A stretch of 64,000 bases of DNA. It comes from an uncultured Pseudomonadales bacterium (GTDB lineage Bacteria; Patescibacteriota; Microgenomatia; UBA1400; UBA12108). The stretch is from the NCBI GenBank assembly GCA_964502225.1, contig CAZCUC010000004.1, positions 2,641 to 66,640 of the forward strand, written 5' to 3'. A model generated the notes under the pieces. The model was not told where the DNA came from and ran no database searches. It worked only from the letters and a program-made list of their open reading frames with translations. The translations under genes and the position numbers were made by a program. This document shows, piece after piece, positions 38,101 through 47,169 of this stretch (the stretch's first letter is position 1; every line of letters starts with the position of its first letter).

Positions 38101-38195
38101 AGCATGACGGGACCCTCGATCGTGTCGACCGCTAAGCGTTGCTCGGCGTTTAACTTCTTGTACGCTAAATCAAATTCTTTGGTGGTTTTGGTCAT
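35139..38195 (-). CDS. UvrD-family SF1 helicase fused to a C-terminal PD-(D/E)xK nuclease with a Cas4/AddB-like Fe-S Cys cluster
   Basis: helicase motifs AGPGTGKT, DEYQDTN, TGDPDQSIMRFQGA, TAHKSKGLEW; C-terminus YCAY...CENCYFKDHC (C...CxxCx5C). Confidence 0.8.
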   Translation of the reverse strand: MTKTTKEFDLAYKKLNAEQRLAVDTIEGPVMLVAGPGTGKTQTLALRIANIIRKTDTPASSILALTYTESGARAMKSRLTQMIGSEAYYANISTFHAFCQGVIKDNPDVFTINPASEPLSDLERLKLVRGLIDKTNLKVLRPTGAPYHYASAILSAISDLKREGVDPDEFDELLIQEDHFLKSDDVSELKKTEIAKRQRNLAKNQELNQLFRKYQVVLKEEGSFDFEDMITSVVDAFKSNDELLFSCQEKYLYILVDEYQDTNSAQNELMLLLAKYWGTEANVFVTGDPDQSIMRFQGASIENQLSFVQAYPGATVITLKQNYRSTQNILDVADSLIVNNNLRINDVVPGIDPHLISQIGAGDKIGTAQLSGNTAEAIFIAENIKQKVKTGVAPSDIAVIYHKNFEATVIADTLSKYGIDYTVQGGANVLSDPTVRNFLKILKVIYEMREKLEDEDLFTILHYDIFGINPLDVLKIAREAGSARLTLFDVLGNPDSLSTLDLSSREQIDATFTKLQNWQSLDANKTFVEFFEDVLNKSGYLNWILDEGTVYKEQVRGATHRLAKMNTLFDEVKRMNRSDHNLDLKGFIENLEIMEENHIRIEESSYGVSRDAITLTTAHKSKGLEWEHVYIYKAIDGNWGNNKKAELITLPGSLLKNVKPSDKEKNEDERRLFYVAMTRAKSNLTITRANTYSSYGKATIASPTMFLEELNGDLLTAIDVTQVEETAHKHIETILGSQAVQDTLESEKAYLQDIVDDFKLAATSLNSYLYCAYKFKLDKLLKVPHAKKAHLTFGTAIHSALEHFYLKFKEDGVPPNLEYLLSQFRSALTASVITKQDLTVYLKKGEEVLTAYFKLNEDHFSLPLATEKNLRANLGDIQLTGKLDRLEWSDQASRTVKVVDYKTGQPKTMGQIEGTTQDSDGELLRQLEFYKLLIDSDKSLNYKFGEGMLDFVEEPNLKGKSGERSFQVNDEQIEKLKKTIHFSMDSIRSLKFPRTTDLKKCENCYFKDHCYQNGLPVK

Positions 38196-38204
38196 AAAGT
38201 ATAT

Positions 38205-38230
38205 GGTTCGATGGTTCGAACCATCGAACC
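38205..38230. repeat. GGTTCGATGGTTCGAACCATCGAACC perfect 26-bp palindrome, copy 2 (between the rmuC stop and the helicase-nuclease start)
   Basis: 13-bp arms, zero loop. Confidence 0.7.
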
Positions 38231-38232
38231 GT

Positions 38233-39189
38233 TTAATCTTCTAATAATTTGTCGGAGGGGGTGTCGCCGGTGAGCTGGCGGGTGGAATCCAATTTTTGGC
38301 CGATTTGGTTAAACTCGGTCTGGACCTGCGAGAACTTGTTGTAGGCATTGGTTAGGTGGGAACCCAAGGTGACCATAGAGTCGCTAGTTTTGCCAAAATC
38401 TTTTTGGATCCCGCGCATGAGCTTGAAAACCTCTTTGGCTTTGGCCTCGATCTTTTTACCTTCGAATGACAAGAGAATGGTTTGGAGGGCGGCGTAAAGA
38501 GTATTGGGTGAGACAGGATAGACGCGGGACTCACGGGCAAACTCCATGAGCTCCTCTGCGCTTGCCACCTCGTAGAAAACAGACTCGGAAGGAATATACA
38601 TGAGCGCAAAGTCGAGCGTATTTTCTTCCGGCAAAATATATTTTTTGGAGATGGCAGTGACGTGGGTTTTGATATCACGAACGAATGTACGACGGAGAGA
38701 GTCGATTTCTGTTTTGTTTTGGGTGGACATCATTTTTTGGAAATTTTCCATCGGGAACTTGGAATCGATCGGGAGTAGACCCGCGTCCGTTTTAATAATC
38801 GCGTCTACAATACTACCGGACTTGAACGCGTGTTGGAGTTCGAAGGAGCTGACCGGGAACATTTGACTAATTAAATCTTTGAGCACCATCTCGCCAATGT
38901 TGCCGCGGAGCTTGGGTGATTGGAGGTAGTCCTGCAGGGATTTCATGGAGCGACTAATCTCGGAGAAGGCGCCGGCCTCACGCTTCAAATCCCCAATGAC
39001 TTCGGTCGCACGAATGAGACGATCATTAATGTCCTTGGTGTTGCTGGCCAGGCTCGAATTGATAGTGTCTTTGGTCAAATCCACGGAACTTTTGAGTGAT
39101 TTCAAATCATCTTTGAAGAATTTGAGCACCAAGAGCATGAATCCGAGTAAGAAAAAAACAATAATGAGGGTTAAAGTAGTGACTTCCAT
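38233..39189 (-). CDS. rmuC: DNA recombination protein RmuC
   Basis: N-terminal TM and coiled-coil plus RmuC nuclease-like C-terminal domain; start MEVTTLTLI is preferred. Confidence 0.75.
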   Translation of the reverse strand: MEVTTLTLIIVFFLLGFMLLVLKFFKDDLKSLKSSVDLTKDTINSSLASNTKDINDRLIRATEVIGDLKREAGAFSEISRSMKSLQDYLQSPKLRGNIGEMVLKDLISQMFPVSSFELQHAFKSGSIVDAIIKTDAGLLPIDSKFPMENFQKMMSTQNKTEIDSLRRTFVRDIKTHVTAISKKYILPEENTLDFALMYIPSESVFYEVASAEELMEFARESRVYPVSPNTLYAALQTILLSFEGKKIEAKAKEVFKLMRGIQKDFGKTSDSMVTLGSHLTNAYNKFSQVQTEFNQIGQKLDSTRQLTGDTPSDKLLED

Positions 39190-39209
39190 ACTGCTATTAT
39201 AGTCATAAT

Positions 39210-39575
39210 ATGAAGTGGATACCAAAATTGATGAGCTTGACAGTTCTCTGGGGTAGTCTAGTCGTTGTGATTGTTTATGTAGATCCTTTACTACTAAAGG
39301 ATTTTTTTATCCCAAATTCGTATTCCTCATTTTTTGTTCTTCTAGAGATAGTTATTTGGTACACCTTGGCATTAATCTTCAAATCTCCCCTGAAAAGTTT
39401 ATTGGTATCGTCTACGATCGTCTTGGGTATTGGACTCACGGTGGCGAGATTGATGCATGCTGGACTGATAATAGTATTGCTCTTGACTTTATGTATTGAA
39501 AGTTGGTATATCTATCGTAGCCATGAAAAAATCAAACAATCCAATGAATCAAAAGATAGAGAGCCAGGTGTATAA
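39210..39575 (+). CDS. small polytopic membrane protein, hypothetical
   Basis: 3-4 TM segments; 3' end overlaps the next gene. Confidence 0.4.
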   Translation: MKWIPKLMSLTVLWGSLVVVIVYVDPLLLKDFFIPNSYSSFFVLLEIVIWYTLALIFKSPLKSLLVSSTIVLGIGLTVARLMHAGLIIVLLLTLCIESWYIYRSHEKIKQSNESKDREPGV

Positions 39576-39885
39576 GATCCTGTACCAAGTGATTGCTGAT
39601 GCCAAAAACGAGATTGACGTCGAAATAACCCTCAAAGCCCTGATGAGTGAGAACGAGCTATCGGCGATTGCCAAGCGACTGGCGATTGCGGTGTTTTTGG
39701 ATAAGCGACAATCATATGACCATATCAAGGATGTACTTAAAGTTTCGACTGCTACGATTGCCTCGGTAGCTGAAAATATGAATAACCGCGGCATCCAGCA
39801 GGCTCTGACTAGGGTAAAGGCTGAGGAATGGGCGGATGTATGGAGTATCCGTCTCTCCCGCGCCCTCGAGAAATTGATGAAATGA
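39544..39885 (+). CDS. TrpR-like (YerC/YecD family) DNA-binding protein
   Basis: HTH region SENELSAIAKRLAIAVFLDKRQSYDHIKDVLKVSTATIASV. Confidence 0.55.
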   Translation: MNQKIESQVYKILYQVIADAKNEIDVEITLKALMSENELSAIAKRLAIAVFLDKRQSYDHIKDVLKVSTATIASVAENMNNRGIQQALTRVKAEEWADVWSIRLSRALEKLMK

Positions 39886-39963
39886 CCTGGTATCCTCCTT
39901 CGCCGAGCTTCGGAAGGATTGCACATATTTTGATAATTGCCTGGTAGCGTTTATACTTAGCAC

Positions 39964-41424
39964 ATGGCTAAAAGCTTTTATTTAACGACTACCCTGCCTT
40001 ACGTCAATTCCAAACCCCACATCGGGTTCGCCCTGGAAATTATTCAAGCCGATGCGATTGCTCGCTACCACCAAAGTCTTGGCGAAGAGATCTTCTTTAA
40101 CACAGGAACGGATGAGCACGGTAAAAAGATTTATGAAAAAGCAATTGAGGAAGGTAAAGACCCGCAAGCTTATACTGATGAATATGCCGCTAAATTTGAT
40201 GCGCTTAAATCTTCGCTTAATCTAAGTTACAACCATTTCATCCGTACTACTAATCCACACCACAAGCAGGCGGCTCAAGAACTGTGGAAACGATGCGAAC
40301 AAAATGGATATATTGAAAAAGCAGTGTATGAGGCCAAATACTGTGTAGGGTGCGAACTAGAGAAAACTGACTCAGACTTGGTGGAGGGCAAGTGTCCCCT
40401 GCATCCCAACAAAGAGATTGAATTGATTAAAGAGGAGAACTATTTCTTCAAATTTTCTGACCCAAGGGTTCAAAAAGCGCTCCTTGCCCATATGGACAAA
40501 TACAGCGACTTTGTGGTGCCGGCACATAGGCAAAAGGAGATTCGCAACTTTGTGGAGGGAGGACTGCAAGACTTCTCCATTTCGCGCCTCAAAGAAAAAA
40601 TGCCATGGGGAGTAGAAGTTCCCGGTGACCCTGATCACGTGATGTATGTGTGGTTTGATGCGCTCACCAACTATATAAGTACGATTGGCTGGCCCTCCTC
40701 CGCTGAAGCTTCGGCGGGCAGGCCCTCTGAATTTGAGAAGTATTGGGGAACAAAGGAACAACCTCAAGCCGTGCAAATTGCCGGCAAAGACAACCTGCGC
40801 CAGCAATCGTCTATGTGGCAAGCCATGCTTTTTGCGGGTGATCTGCCACTGACCAGACAAATCCTGATCCACGGATTTATTACGTCGGGTGGACAGAAAA
40901 TGAGCAAGTCACTGGGTAACGTAATTGACCCACTGGAATACAGCGAGAAGTATGGGGTGGATGCATTGCGCTATTACTTACTAGCCAAAGTGAGTCCGTT
41001 TGAAGACAGTGATTTTACTAAGGAGAAGTTTGAGGAAGTCTATAAATCTGATTTGCAGAACGGGCTAGGTAACCTCGTCGCTCGCGTGGCGGCGATGGCG
41101 GAAAAATCAGACTTAAGATTTAAGATTTTAGATTTAAGAATGAGCACTGAGATCACAGATGCGCTGGGTGAATACAAGTTTGATACTGCGATGGCGAGTA
41201 TTTGGGACAAAATAAAAAAGGCTGATCAATTCGTGTCAGAAAAACGAGTTTGGACTTTAAGTGGCGGTGAACTAGAATCTGCATTACAGAGACTAGTAAA
41301 TGACATTGGACAAATCGCAATTGATCTGACACCGTTTATGCCAGAGACCGCGAAAAAAATTGCTATGCAGTATAACCAAGAAAAAATATCTAAGAGCGAA
41401 CCAATGTTTCCGCGCCTCGCTTAA
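39964..41424 (+). CDS. metG: methionyl-tRNA synthetase (short form)
   Basis: class I aaRS HIGH-region variant (KPHIGFALEI), KMSKS, anticodon-binding domain. Confidence 0.9.
   Translation: MAKSFYLTTTLPYVNSKPHIGFALEIIQADAIARYHQSLGEEIFFNTGTDEHGKKIYEKAIEEGKDPQAYTDEYAAKFDALKSSLNLSYNHFIRTTNPHHKQAAQELWKRCEQNGYIEKAVYEAKYCVGCELEKTDSDLVEGKCPLHPNKEIELIKEENYFFKFSDPRVQKALLAHMDKYSDFVVPAHRQKEIRNFVEGGLQDFSISRLKEKMPWGVEVPGDPDHVMYVWFDALTNYISTIGWPSSAEASAGRPSEFEKYWGTKEQPQAVQIAGKDNLRQQSSMWQAMLFAGDLPLTRQILIHGFITSGGQKMSKSLGNVIDPLEYSEKYGVDALRYYLLAKVSPFEDSDFTKEKFEEVYKSDLQNGLGNLVARVAAMAEKSDLRFKILDLRMSTEITDALGEYKFDTAMASIWDKIKKADQFVSEKRVWTLSGGELESALQRLVNDIGQIAIDLTPFMPETAKKIAMQYNQEKISKSEPMFPRLA
41110..41143. repeat. heptamer array element, copy b, in-frame in metG (encodes DLRFKILDLRM)
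   Basis: gacttaagatttaagattttagatttaagaatg = (AGATTTA)x3-4. Confidence 0.65.
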
Positions 41425-41425
41425 T

Positions 41426-41968
41426 ATGAATTACCGCGACCAATCATTTAGTGCGGATGAATTAAAGGGAGAACAATTCGATAATTGTACCTTTAGTAAC
41501 TGCAAATTCTTTAAAGCCAATCTCAAATTTAGTTCGTTTGTGAAATGTGAGTTTAATTCATGCGATTTCACTGGTGTCATCCTTGAATCTACTTCGTTTG
41601 AGAAATGCATTTTCCCGGGATCAAAACTGAGCAACAATGATTTTGTCTCGACCATTTTTATCGAGTGTAACTTTGGTGAATGTGTGATGGACAATACCAT
41701 CTTCCATACTGGCAAACTAAAGAAGTGTATTTTTGCAAAATCGTCGCTGGTTGGATCGGTGTTTGAAAAATGTGATGTCAGCGAGTTTAATTTTAACGGA
41801 GCAAAACTAAGCAGAGCACTCTTTGATACCTGTAAAATGAAAAAGACTACCCTGCTCGAAGCGGATCTCGAAGGTACGAGCTTCCTTGGCTCCATGATCG
41901 ACCAAACAGAGCTGGACATGCAAGGATTTGTGCAATACGGACAAGGACAAGGATTTAAACTATGTTGA
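41426..41968 (+). CDS. pentapeptide-repeat protein
   Basis: tandem A(D/N)LxF-like pentapeptides (CTFSNCKFFKANLKFSSFVKCEFNSCDF...); start at MNYRDQ. Confidence 0.7.
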   Translation: MNYRDQSFSADELKGEQFDNCTFSNCKFFKANLKFSSFVKCEFNSCDFTGVILESTSFEKCIFPGSKLSNNDFVSTIFIECNFGECVMDNTIFHTGKLKKCIFAKSSLVGSVFEKCDVSEFNFNGAKLSRALFDTCKMKKTTLLEADLEGTSFLGSMIDQTELDMQGFVQYGQGQGFKLC

Positions 41969-42723
41969 TCGACACACACGCGCATTTGTGGTGGGACAGC
42001 TATAAAGATGACCTAGATCAGGTTTTGGCGCGCGCGAAAGAGGCCAGGGTAGAGAAAATTATTGCCCCCGGGACAGACATGGAGAGCAGTAGAAAGGCAG
42101 TGGAGCTGGCCAGGAAGTACCCTGGAGTGATTTATGCCAGCGTGGGGGTACACCCGGAGGAGGTAGGCAAGATTGATTTAAGATTTATGATTCAAGATTT
42201 AAGAAAAATGGTGACCGAGCATAAGGGTGTCGTTGTCGCCACTGGAGAGATTGGGACTGATGCGAGTACTGAAGAATTAAAAAACTGCATGAGTCAGCAA
42301 AAAGAATTGTTTAGAGAGCAGTGCTTGCTGGCACTAGAATTCGAGTTGCCGGTAATTATTCACACTAGAGAGAGCCTGAATGAGGCGCTAGAAGTACTCG
42401 ACTCGCTACCCAACATGCCTCGGGGTCAGTTCCATTGCTTCTCTCATGATGAGGCGGGGTTAAAGGAGGTTTTAGCGCGAGGATTTTACGTGAGTTTTTG
42501 TGGCAATATAACCTGGAGTAAGCGGGTAGCCAAGCTCGTTACTCTTGTGCCAGATGGCCGACTGCTCCTGGAAACGGACTCGCCATTTATGTGGGCTGGG
42601 GCAAGGAATGAGCCGACAAATGTGGCAATCCTGGCAGAAAAGATTGCGGAACTTAGAGGAATAAGTGATAGAGAAATCGAAGAGATAACAACGAAGAACG
42701 CAAACACGTTATACAAGTTATAA
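41962..42723 (+). CDS. tatD: TatD-family metal-dependent hydrolase/DNase
   Basis: IDTHAHL...; TIM-barrel TatD motifs. Confidence 0.85.
   Translation: MLIDTHAHLWWDSYKDDLDQVLARAKEARVEKIIAPGTDMESSRKAVELARKYPGVIYASVGVHPEEVGKIDLRFMIQDLRKMVTEHKGVVVATGEIGTDASTEELKNCMSQQKELFREQCLLALEFELPVIIHTRESLNEALEVLDSLPNMPRGQFHCFSHDEAGLKEVLARGFYVSFCGNITWSKRVAKLVTLVPDGRLLLETDSPFMWAGARNEPTNVAILAEKIAELRGISDREIEEITTKNANTLYKL
42175..42210. repeat. heptamer array element, copy c, in-frame in tatD (encodes DLRFMIQDLRKM)
   Basis: gatttaagatttatgattcaagatttaagaaaaatg. Confidence 0.65.
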
Positions 42724-42731
42724 TAGTTCCA

Positions 42732-44246
42732 ATGAAAAATTTGCGAAAATGGATGCATAGACACCCTCTCCGGACTAAAAGGTTCTTGGAGATACTCCCT
42801 GGGACGGTCTCTTGGTTTCTGATTTTGTTCCCCGTCTGGGGATCGTTTGTAATCCCAAACGTTGTCGCCTACTACATCATCGCCTTTTCGGTGTACTGGT
42901 TTTATCGATCGATGACGACAGCGGCGACGGCAATCCTTGGCTATTTCAAGATGAAGTCGTTCCAGCTATATGACTGGATGGGTGACGTGGCTAACTTTTC
43001 TGATTGGAAGAAAATCCATCATATAATTATCATTCCGACCTATAAAGAGCCCGTTTCTACCCTAGAGAGAACGCTAGATAAGTTGGGTGAGCAGACATAT
43101 CCAACTGACCATTTACATATCATGCTGGCATTTGAAGATCGAGAGGGAGATGAGGCAAGACAAAAAGCCAAAACTCTGATCGCGAAGTATAAAACTCGAT
43201 TTGGGCATTTATGGGCTACTTACCACCCGGATTTGCCTGGTGAGGTCAAAGGGAAGTCTTCAAATACTTCTTGGGCGGCGAAAGAAGCTAAGCGAATATT
43301 AATCGATGAAGAAAAAATGAATATTGACTACGTAACTATCACTAGTGAGGACGCCGATGCACTCCTACCACCACAATATTTTGCTTGCTTAACATACCAT
43401 TTTTTGGATTCTCCAACGCGATACACGACAATCTGGCAAGGCATTTTGCAGTTTTACAACAATATCTGGAAAGTTCCCTTGTTTGTGAGAGTCTTTTCTT
43501 CGTCTGCTTCGGTGATGTTGCTATCGACCGTAACCAGGAAGGACAGGTTAATTAATTTTTCTACTTATACTGCGAGTTTGAAAATGATTGATTCTATTGG
43601 ATATTGGGATACTGATGTGATCCCTGAAGATTGGCGACTGTTCTTCAAGGCCTTTTTTGCACTCCAAGGTAAAGTAAGTGTAGAACCACTGTTCCTCCCG
43701 ATTATGGCGGATGCGGCGGAGGCTGAGGGTACCTGGAAAACTTATTCCAACCAGTATGAGCAAGTGAAGCGGTGGGCATGGGGAGTATCTGACACTCCTT
43801 ACGTGGTATCACGCTGGGTGATGGCCGAGGATGTACCATTCTGGGAGAAGACGATAAGAGTCATCCGGGTATTAGAAGACCATTTCCTCTGGCCAGTGAA
43901 CTGGTTCGCGATCACGATCGGGGCGCTCCTACCCCCTTTCCTCAACAAAGAGTTTTCGCGGACTATTATCGGCAAAACACTACCTCAAGTCACTTCTGGG
44001 ATTTTGACTCTGTGTTTACTAGCCTTACTGGTGATGATAGTGCTCAACTTTAAACTACGACCAAGAAAAGAAGGGGCAAGTAAGTTCTCGTTGTTTAGAG
44101 TGATTTTTGAGTCACTGGAGTTTGTGACTCTCCCAGTTGTTGGCTTCTTCTTTACTGCTCTCCCGGGAATTGACGCTCATACCAGGCTAATGTTGGGTAA
44201 ATATATTGAGTATAAAGTGACTGAAAAAGTCGCCCCTAAGGAGTAG
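42732..44246 (+). CDS. membrane-integrated family-2 glycosyltransferase (processive synthase-like)
   Basis: N-terminal TMs, GT-A core (IIIPTYKEP...EDADAL), C-terminal TM bundle. Confidence 0.65.
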   Translation: MKNLRKWMHRHPLRTKRFLEILPGTVSWFLILFPVWGSFVIPNVVAYYIIAFSVYWFYRSMTTAATAILGYFKMKSFQLYDWMGDVANFSDWKKIHHIIIIPTYKEPVSTLERTLDKLGEQTYPTDHLHIMLAFEDREGDEARQKAKTLIAKYKTRFGHLWATYHPDLPGEVKGKSSNTSWAAKEAKRILIDEEKMNIDYVTITSEDADALLPPQYFACLTYHFLDSPTRYTTIWQGILQFYNNIWKVPLFVRVFSSSASVMLLSTVTRKDRLINFSTYTASLKMIDSIGYWDTDVIPEDWRLFFKAFFALQGKVSVEPLFLPIMADAAEAEGTWKTYSNQYEQVKRWAWGVSDTPYVVSRWVMAEDVPFWEKTIRVIRVLEDHFLWPVNWFAITIGALLPPFLNKEFSRTIIGKTLPQVTSGILTLCLLALLVMIVLNFKLRPRKEGASKFSLFRVIFESLEFVTLPVVGFFFTALPGIDAHTRLMLGKYIEYKVTEKVAPKE

Positions 44247-44255
44247 AATGTTTAT

Positions 44256-45749
44256 ATGAGTAAGTGGTGGAAGAACATGCATGCTTGGTGTAATAAGTAT
44301 GAGTGGATGATTTTTTTGGTGATCCTCGTACTAGTGCTTAGATTGCCGAGCTTTGTGATGCCACATCATTACGGGGATGAAGAGATTTACTTTGTGATGG
44401 GGAGAGCCTGGAGTGAAGGTGTCCCTCTTTATCAAGCCATGTTTGACCACAAACCCCCGCTCATCTATATTATGGCGGGATTAGCTCCGACAATGTTTGC
44501 GTTTCGGGGATTGCTGGCTATCGTAATGGTGATCCATACCTTGTTTTTTGCCAAACTAGCTGAGTACTTTTGGCAAAAAACTCGCCCGACCCTGCAGTAT
44601 CTGAGCACGATAGCATTTGTGCTCTTGACCAGCCTCCCGACGCTCGAAGGACTGACAGTAAACGCCGAGTTGCTCATGATGGCGCCGGTTACGGTTGCGG
44701 TAGTTTTACTGTGGAAAGCAAAGGAGGGTGAGTGGCAAAAATTTGCTTTGGCTGGGCTACTGGGTGGAATAGGCTGGCTATTTAAAATACCCGTCATCGC
44801 CGACATGGTGGCGATCGGTTTATATTTCTTTGTGTATAAAAAGAAAACTGTAAGTGAAGGTGTGAGGGCGATATTTTCTAAAGCTTTTTTGGCCTACGCC
44901 ATAGCATTTGTGACCCCTTTACTGGCTACGTTTGTTTACTACTACCTCAAAGGAACCGGACCAGATTACTTGGCGACAGTGCTGACCGTAAACTTGGGAT
45001 ATGTTTCCTCGTGGTCAACTAGTTCTTATACATTTAACCCGTTCCGGAGTGGGCTGGTAGTCAGAGGAAGTGTGCTCGCGGGATATGCACTGATGTTGTA
45101 CCTGATGCGCAAATATTTGGATAAAAATTTAGTTTTTGCGGCGCTATGGTTGGGATTCTCGTTGTTTGGAGCACTACTTTCTGCGAGACCATATCCACAT
45201 TATCTACAAGAACTGATGGCACCCCTGGCATTACTGATACCCTTTGTTTTTGTGGCTGAGAATGTTTTGACTTGGATTTGGATTGCAGTGATAGTGGGGA
45301 TTGGAATACTTGTTCAGCGACAAATCAAGTTTTGGGCATATGAGACAGTGAGTGTGTACAAAAACTACTACGAGTACGTGAGTAAAAAAATTAAGTGGAA
45401 TGAGTATTTGGGACGCTTTGATAATGCCAAGCGTAATTATGAGATTGCAAAGTACCTGAATGAAAGAATGTCGGATAGTGATCAAATATATATCTGGGGA
45501 ACAGACCCAACAATCTACAATCTAACCGGAAGACTACCCACAGGTGGCAAGTATATTGTGAGTTTTCATGTACGTGACCTGAATAAGTATGATTATGTAA
45601 TGGAAAACTTAGAAATAAGTAAACCAAAATATATTGTGATCCTACCTGGGTCAGGTGAGTTTAATGAGTTGGCATCTAAAATATCACAACAGTACGTGCT
45701 GGCAAAAACCACAGACGGGGCAGAAATTTATATTTTGTTAGATAAATAG
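44256..45749 (+). CDS. GT-C fold glycosyltransferase (ArnT/PMT-like)
   Basis: polytopic; the first extracytoplasmic loop has an acidic motif (HHYGDEEIYF); large C-terminal soluble domain. Confidence 0.55.
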   Translation: MSKWWKNMHAWCNKYEWMIFLVILVLVLRLPSFVMPHHYGDEEIYFVMGRAWSEGVPLYQAMFDHKPPLIYIMAGLAPTMFAFRGLLAIVMVIHTLFFAKLAEYFWQKTRPTLQYLSTIAFVLLTSLPTLEGLTVNAELLMMAPVTVAVVLLWKAKEGEWQKFALAGLLGGIGWLFKIPVIADMVAIGLYFFVYKKKTVSEGVRAIFSKAFLAYAIAFVTPLLATFVYYYLKGTGPDYLATVLTVNLGYVSSWSTSSYTFNPFRSGLVVRGSVLAGYALMLYLMRKYLDKNLVFAALWLGFSLFGALLSARPYPHYLQELMAPLALLIPFVFVAENVLTWIWIAVIVGIGILVQRQIKFWAYETVSVYKNYYEYVSKKIKWNEYLGRFDNAKRNYEIAKYLNERMSDSDQIYIWGTDPTIYNLTGRLPTGGKYIVSFHVRDLNKYDYVMENLEISKPKYIVILPGSGEFNELASKISQQYVLAKTTDGAEIYILLDK

Positions 45750-45751
45750 TC

Positions 45752-46135
45752 ATGAGTAAGAACACCAAGACCTTTAATATCAAAGAAACCGCGGAGACAC
45801 TAGTACCTGACAAGCTCGGAAGAACTAGTTACCTGATAGGCCTAATCATAACTATGGTGATGATTGCGGTAATCGCCGTTTTGTATAACAGATTGCCCAG
45901 ATCTATCCCCCTCTACTACTCCCTGCCATGGGGAGAGTCGAGGGTTGCGCCAAGAATTATGATTTATCTTCTACCGCTCTCAGCGATGGGTTTTTTTGTT
46001 CTTAACTTGGTGCTTGGACTAATTGAGAGTAAACTTTCACCCCTGTTACCTAGGGTACTGGCGGTTGCGACAGCGGTGATGGCTTCGATGTGTCTGATGG
46101 CTCTGTTGTTTATTATCCAATCAATTACTTTATGA
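45752..46135 (+). CDS. small membrane protein (127 aa), hypothetical
   Basis: 4 TM segments; ATGA-coupled to the next gene. Confidence 0.4.
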   Translation: MSKNTKTFNIKETAETLVPDKLGRTSYLIGLIITMVMIAVIAVLYNRLPRSIPLYYSLPWGESRVAPRIMIYLLPLSAMGFFVLNLVLGLIESKLSPLLPRVLAVATAVMASMCLMALLFIIQSITL

Positions 46136-47169
46136 TTGCGACACTGGTAGTGGTCCCGTTTGTACTGAGCTTGATAGCTTCGGTGGCGATAACTTATATA
46201 ACGATTTTGGTTTACCGAGGACTTGGACTACTAGATAAATCGACGAAAAATGAACATGCCAAACATATCCACTCGACGCCAGTACCACGAGGTGGCGGAA
46301 TACCCATCTTTGTAGCGATGCTGTTTAGCGTATTGTTGTATGGAAAGATTGATACTCAAATCGCGGGGATATTTGTAGGAGGGTTAATCATCGCCGTAAC
46401 TGGGATAGTAGATGACATTTTTGACATTTCCCCTTATCTACGACTGATCATTGGAGTGATAGCGGCGGGGATTGTAGCGCTAAGCGGAACGATGATTGCG
46501 TATATTAGCAATCCAGTGGGAATGGGCGTGATTCAGTTTAATCTTACCTGGTTGACCAGTGCTATTACGATTTTGTGGGTCGTATGGGCAATGAATTTTG
46601 TGAATATGGGAGCCAAAGGATTGGATGGTCAACTGCCGGGAGTGACAACGATCGCGGCGATAGTGATGGGGATATTGTCTCTGCGGTTTGTGGGCGACCC
46701 CACCGCTTGGCCAAGCGCCTATATGTCTTTTGCCTTGGCAGGAGCATATGCAGGCCTACTGAGCTTTAATATTTATCCACAAAAAATTATGCCAGGCTGG
46801 GGTGGAGGAGCACTGGCGGGGTATTTTTTGGCGGTTTTATCCATTCTCTCGGGAGCAAAAGTAGCGACAGCACTGATTGTGCTTGGAGTACCCCTCATGG
46901 ATGTTGTTTATGTCATAGGAAGACGAATAGCGGAGGGGAAGTCGCCCGTGTGGGGAGATACGAACCACCTACATCACCAACTGCTCAAGCTCGGATGGAG
47001 CAAGAGACAAGTGGCAATGTTTTACTGGTTAGTGACGGCGCTCCTCGGATCGATAGCCTTACAATTGAATAGCCAAATGAAAGTCTATACAATCTTGTTA
47101 ATCGCAATTAGTGTAGGAGGGATACTGCTGTGGATAAACTTGTTCTTGTCTTCAAATCGATCAGAGTAG
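46132..47169 (+). CDS. polyprenyl-phosphate N-acetylhexosamine-1-phosphate transferase (GT4; WecA/MraY family)
   Basis: DD motif region GIVDDIFDISPYLRL, NFVNMGAKGLDG, about 10 TM segments; start MIATLVV. Confidence 0.75.
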   Translation: MIATLVVVPFVLSLIASVAITYITILVYRGLGLLDKSTKNEHAKHIHSTPVPRGGGIPIFVAMLFSVLLYGKIDTQIAGIFVGGLIIAVTGIVDDIFDISPYLRLIIGVIAAGIVALSGTMIAYISNPVGMGVIQFNLTWLTSAITILWVVWAMNFVNMGAKGLDGQLPGVTTIAAIVMGILSLRFVGDPTAWPSAYMSFALAGAYAGLLSFNIYPQKIMPGWGGGALAGYFLAVLSILSGAKVATALIVLGVPLMDVVYVIGRRIAEGKSPVWGDTNHLHHQLLKLGWSKRQVAMFYWLVTALLGSIALQLNSQMKVYTILLIAISVGGILLWINLFLSSNRSE

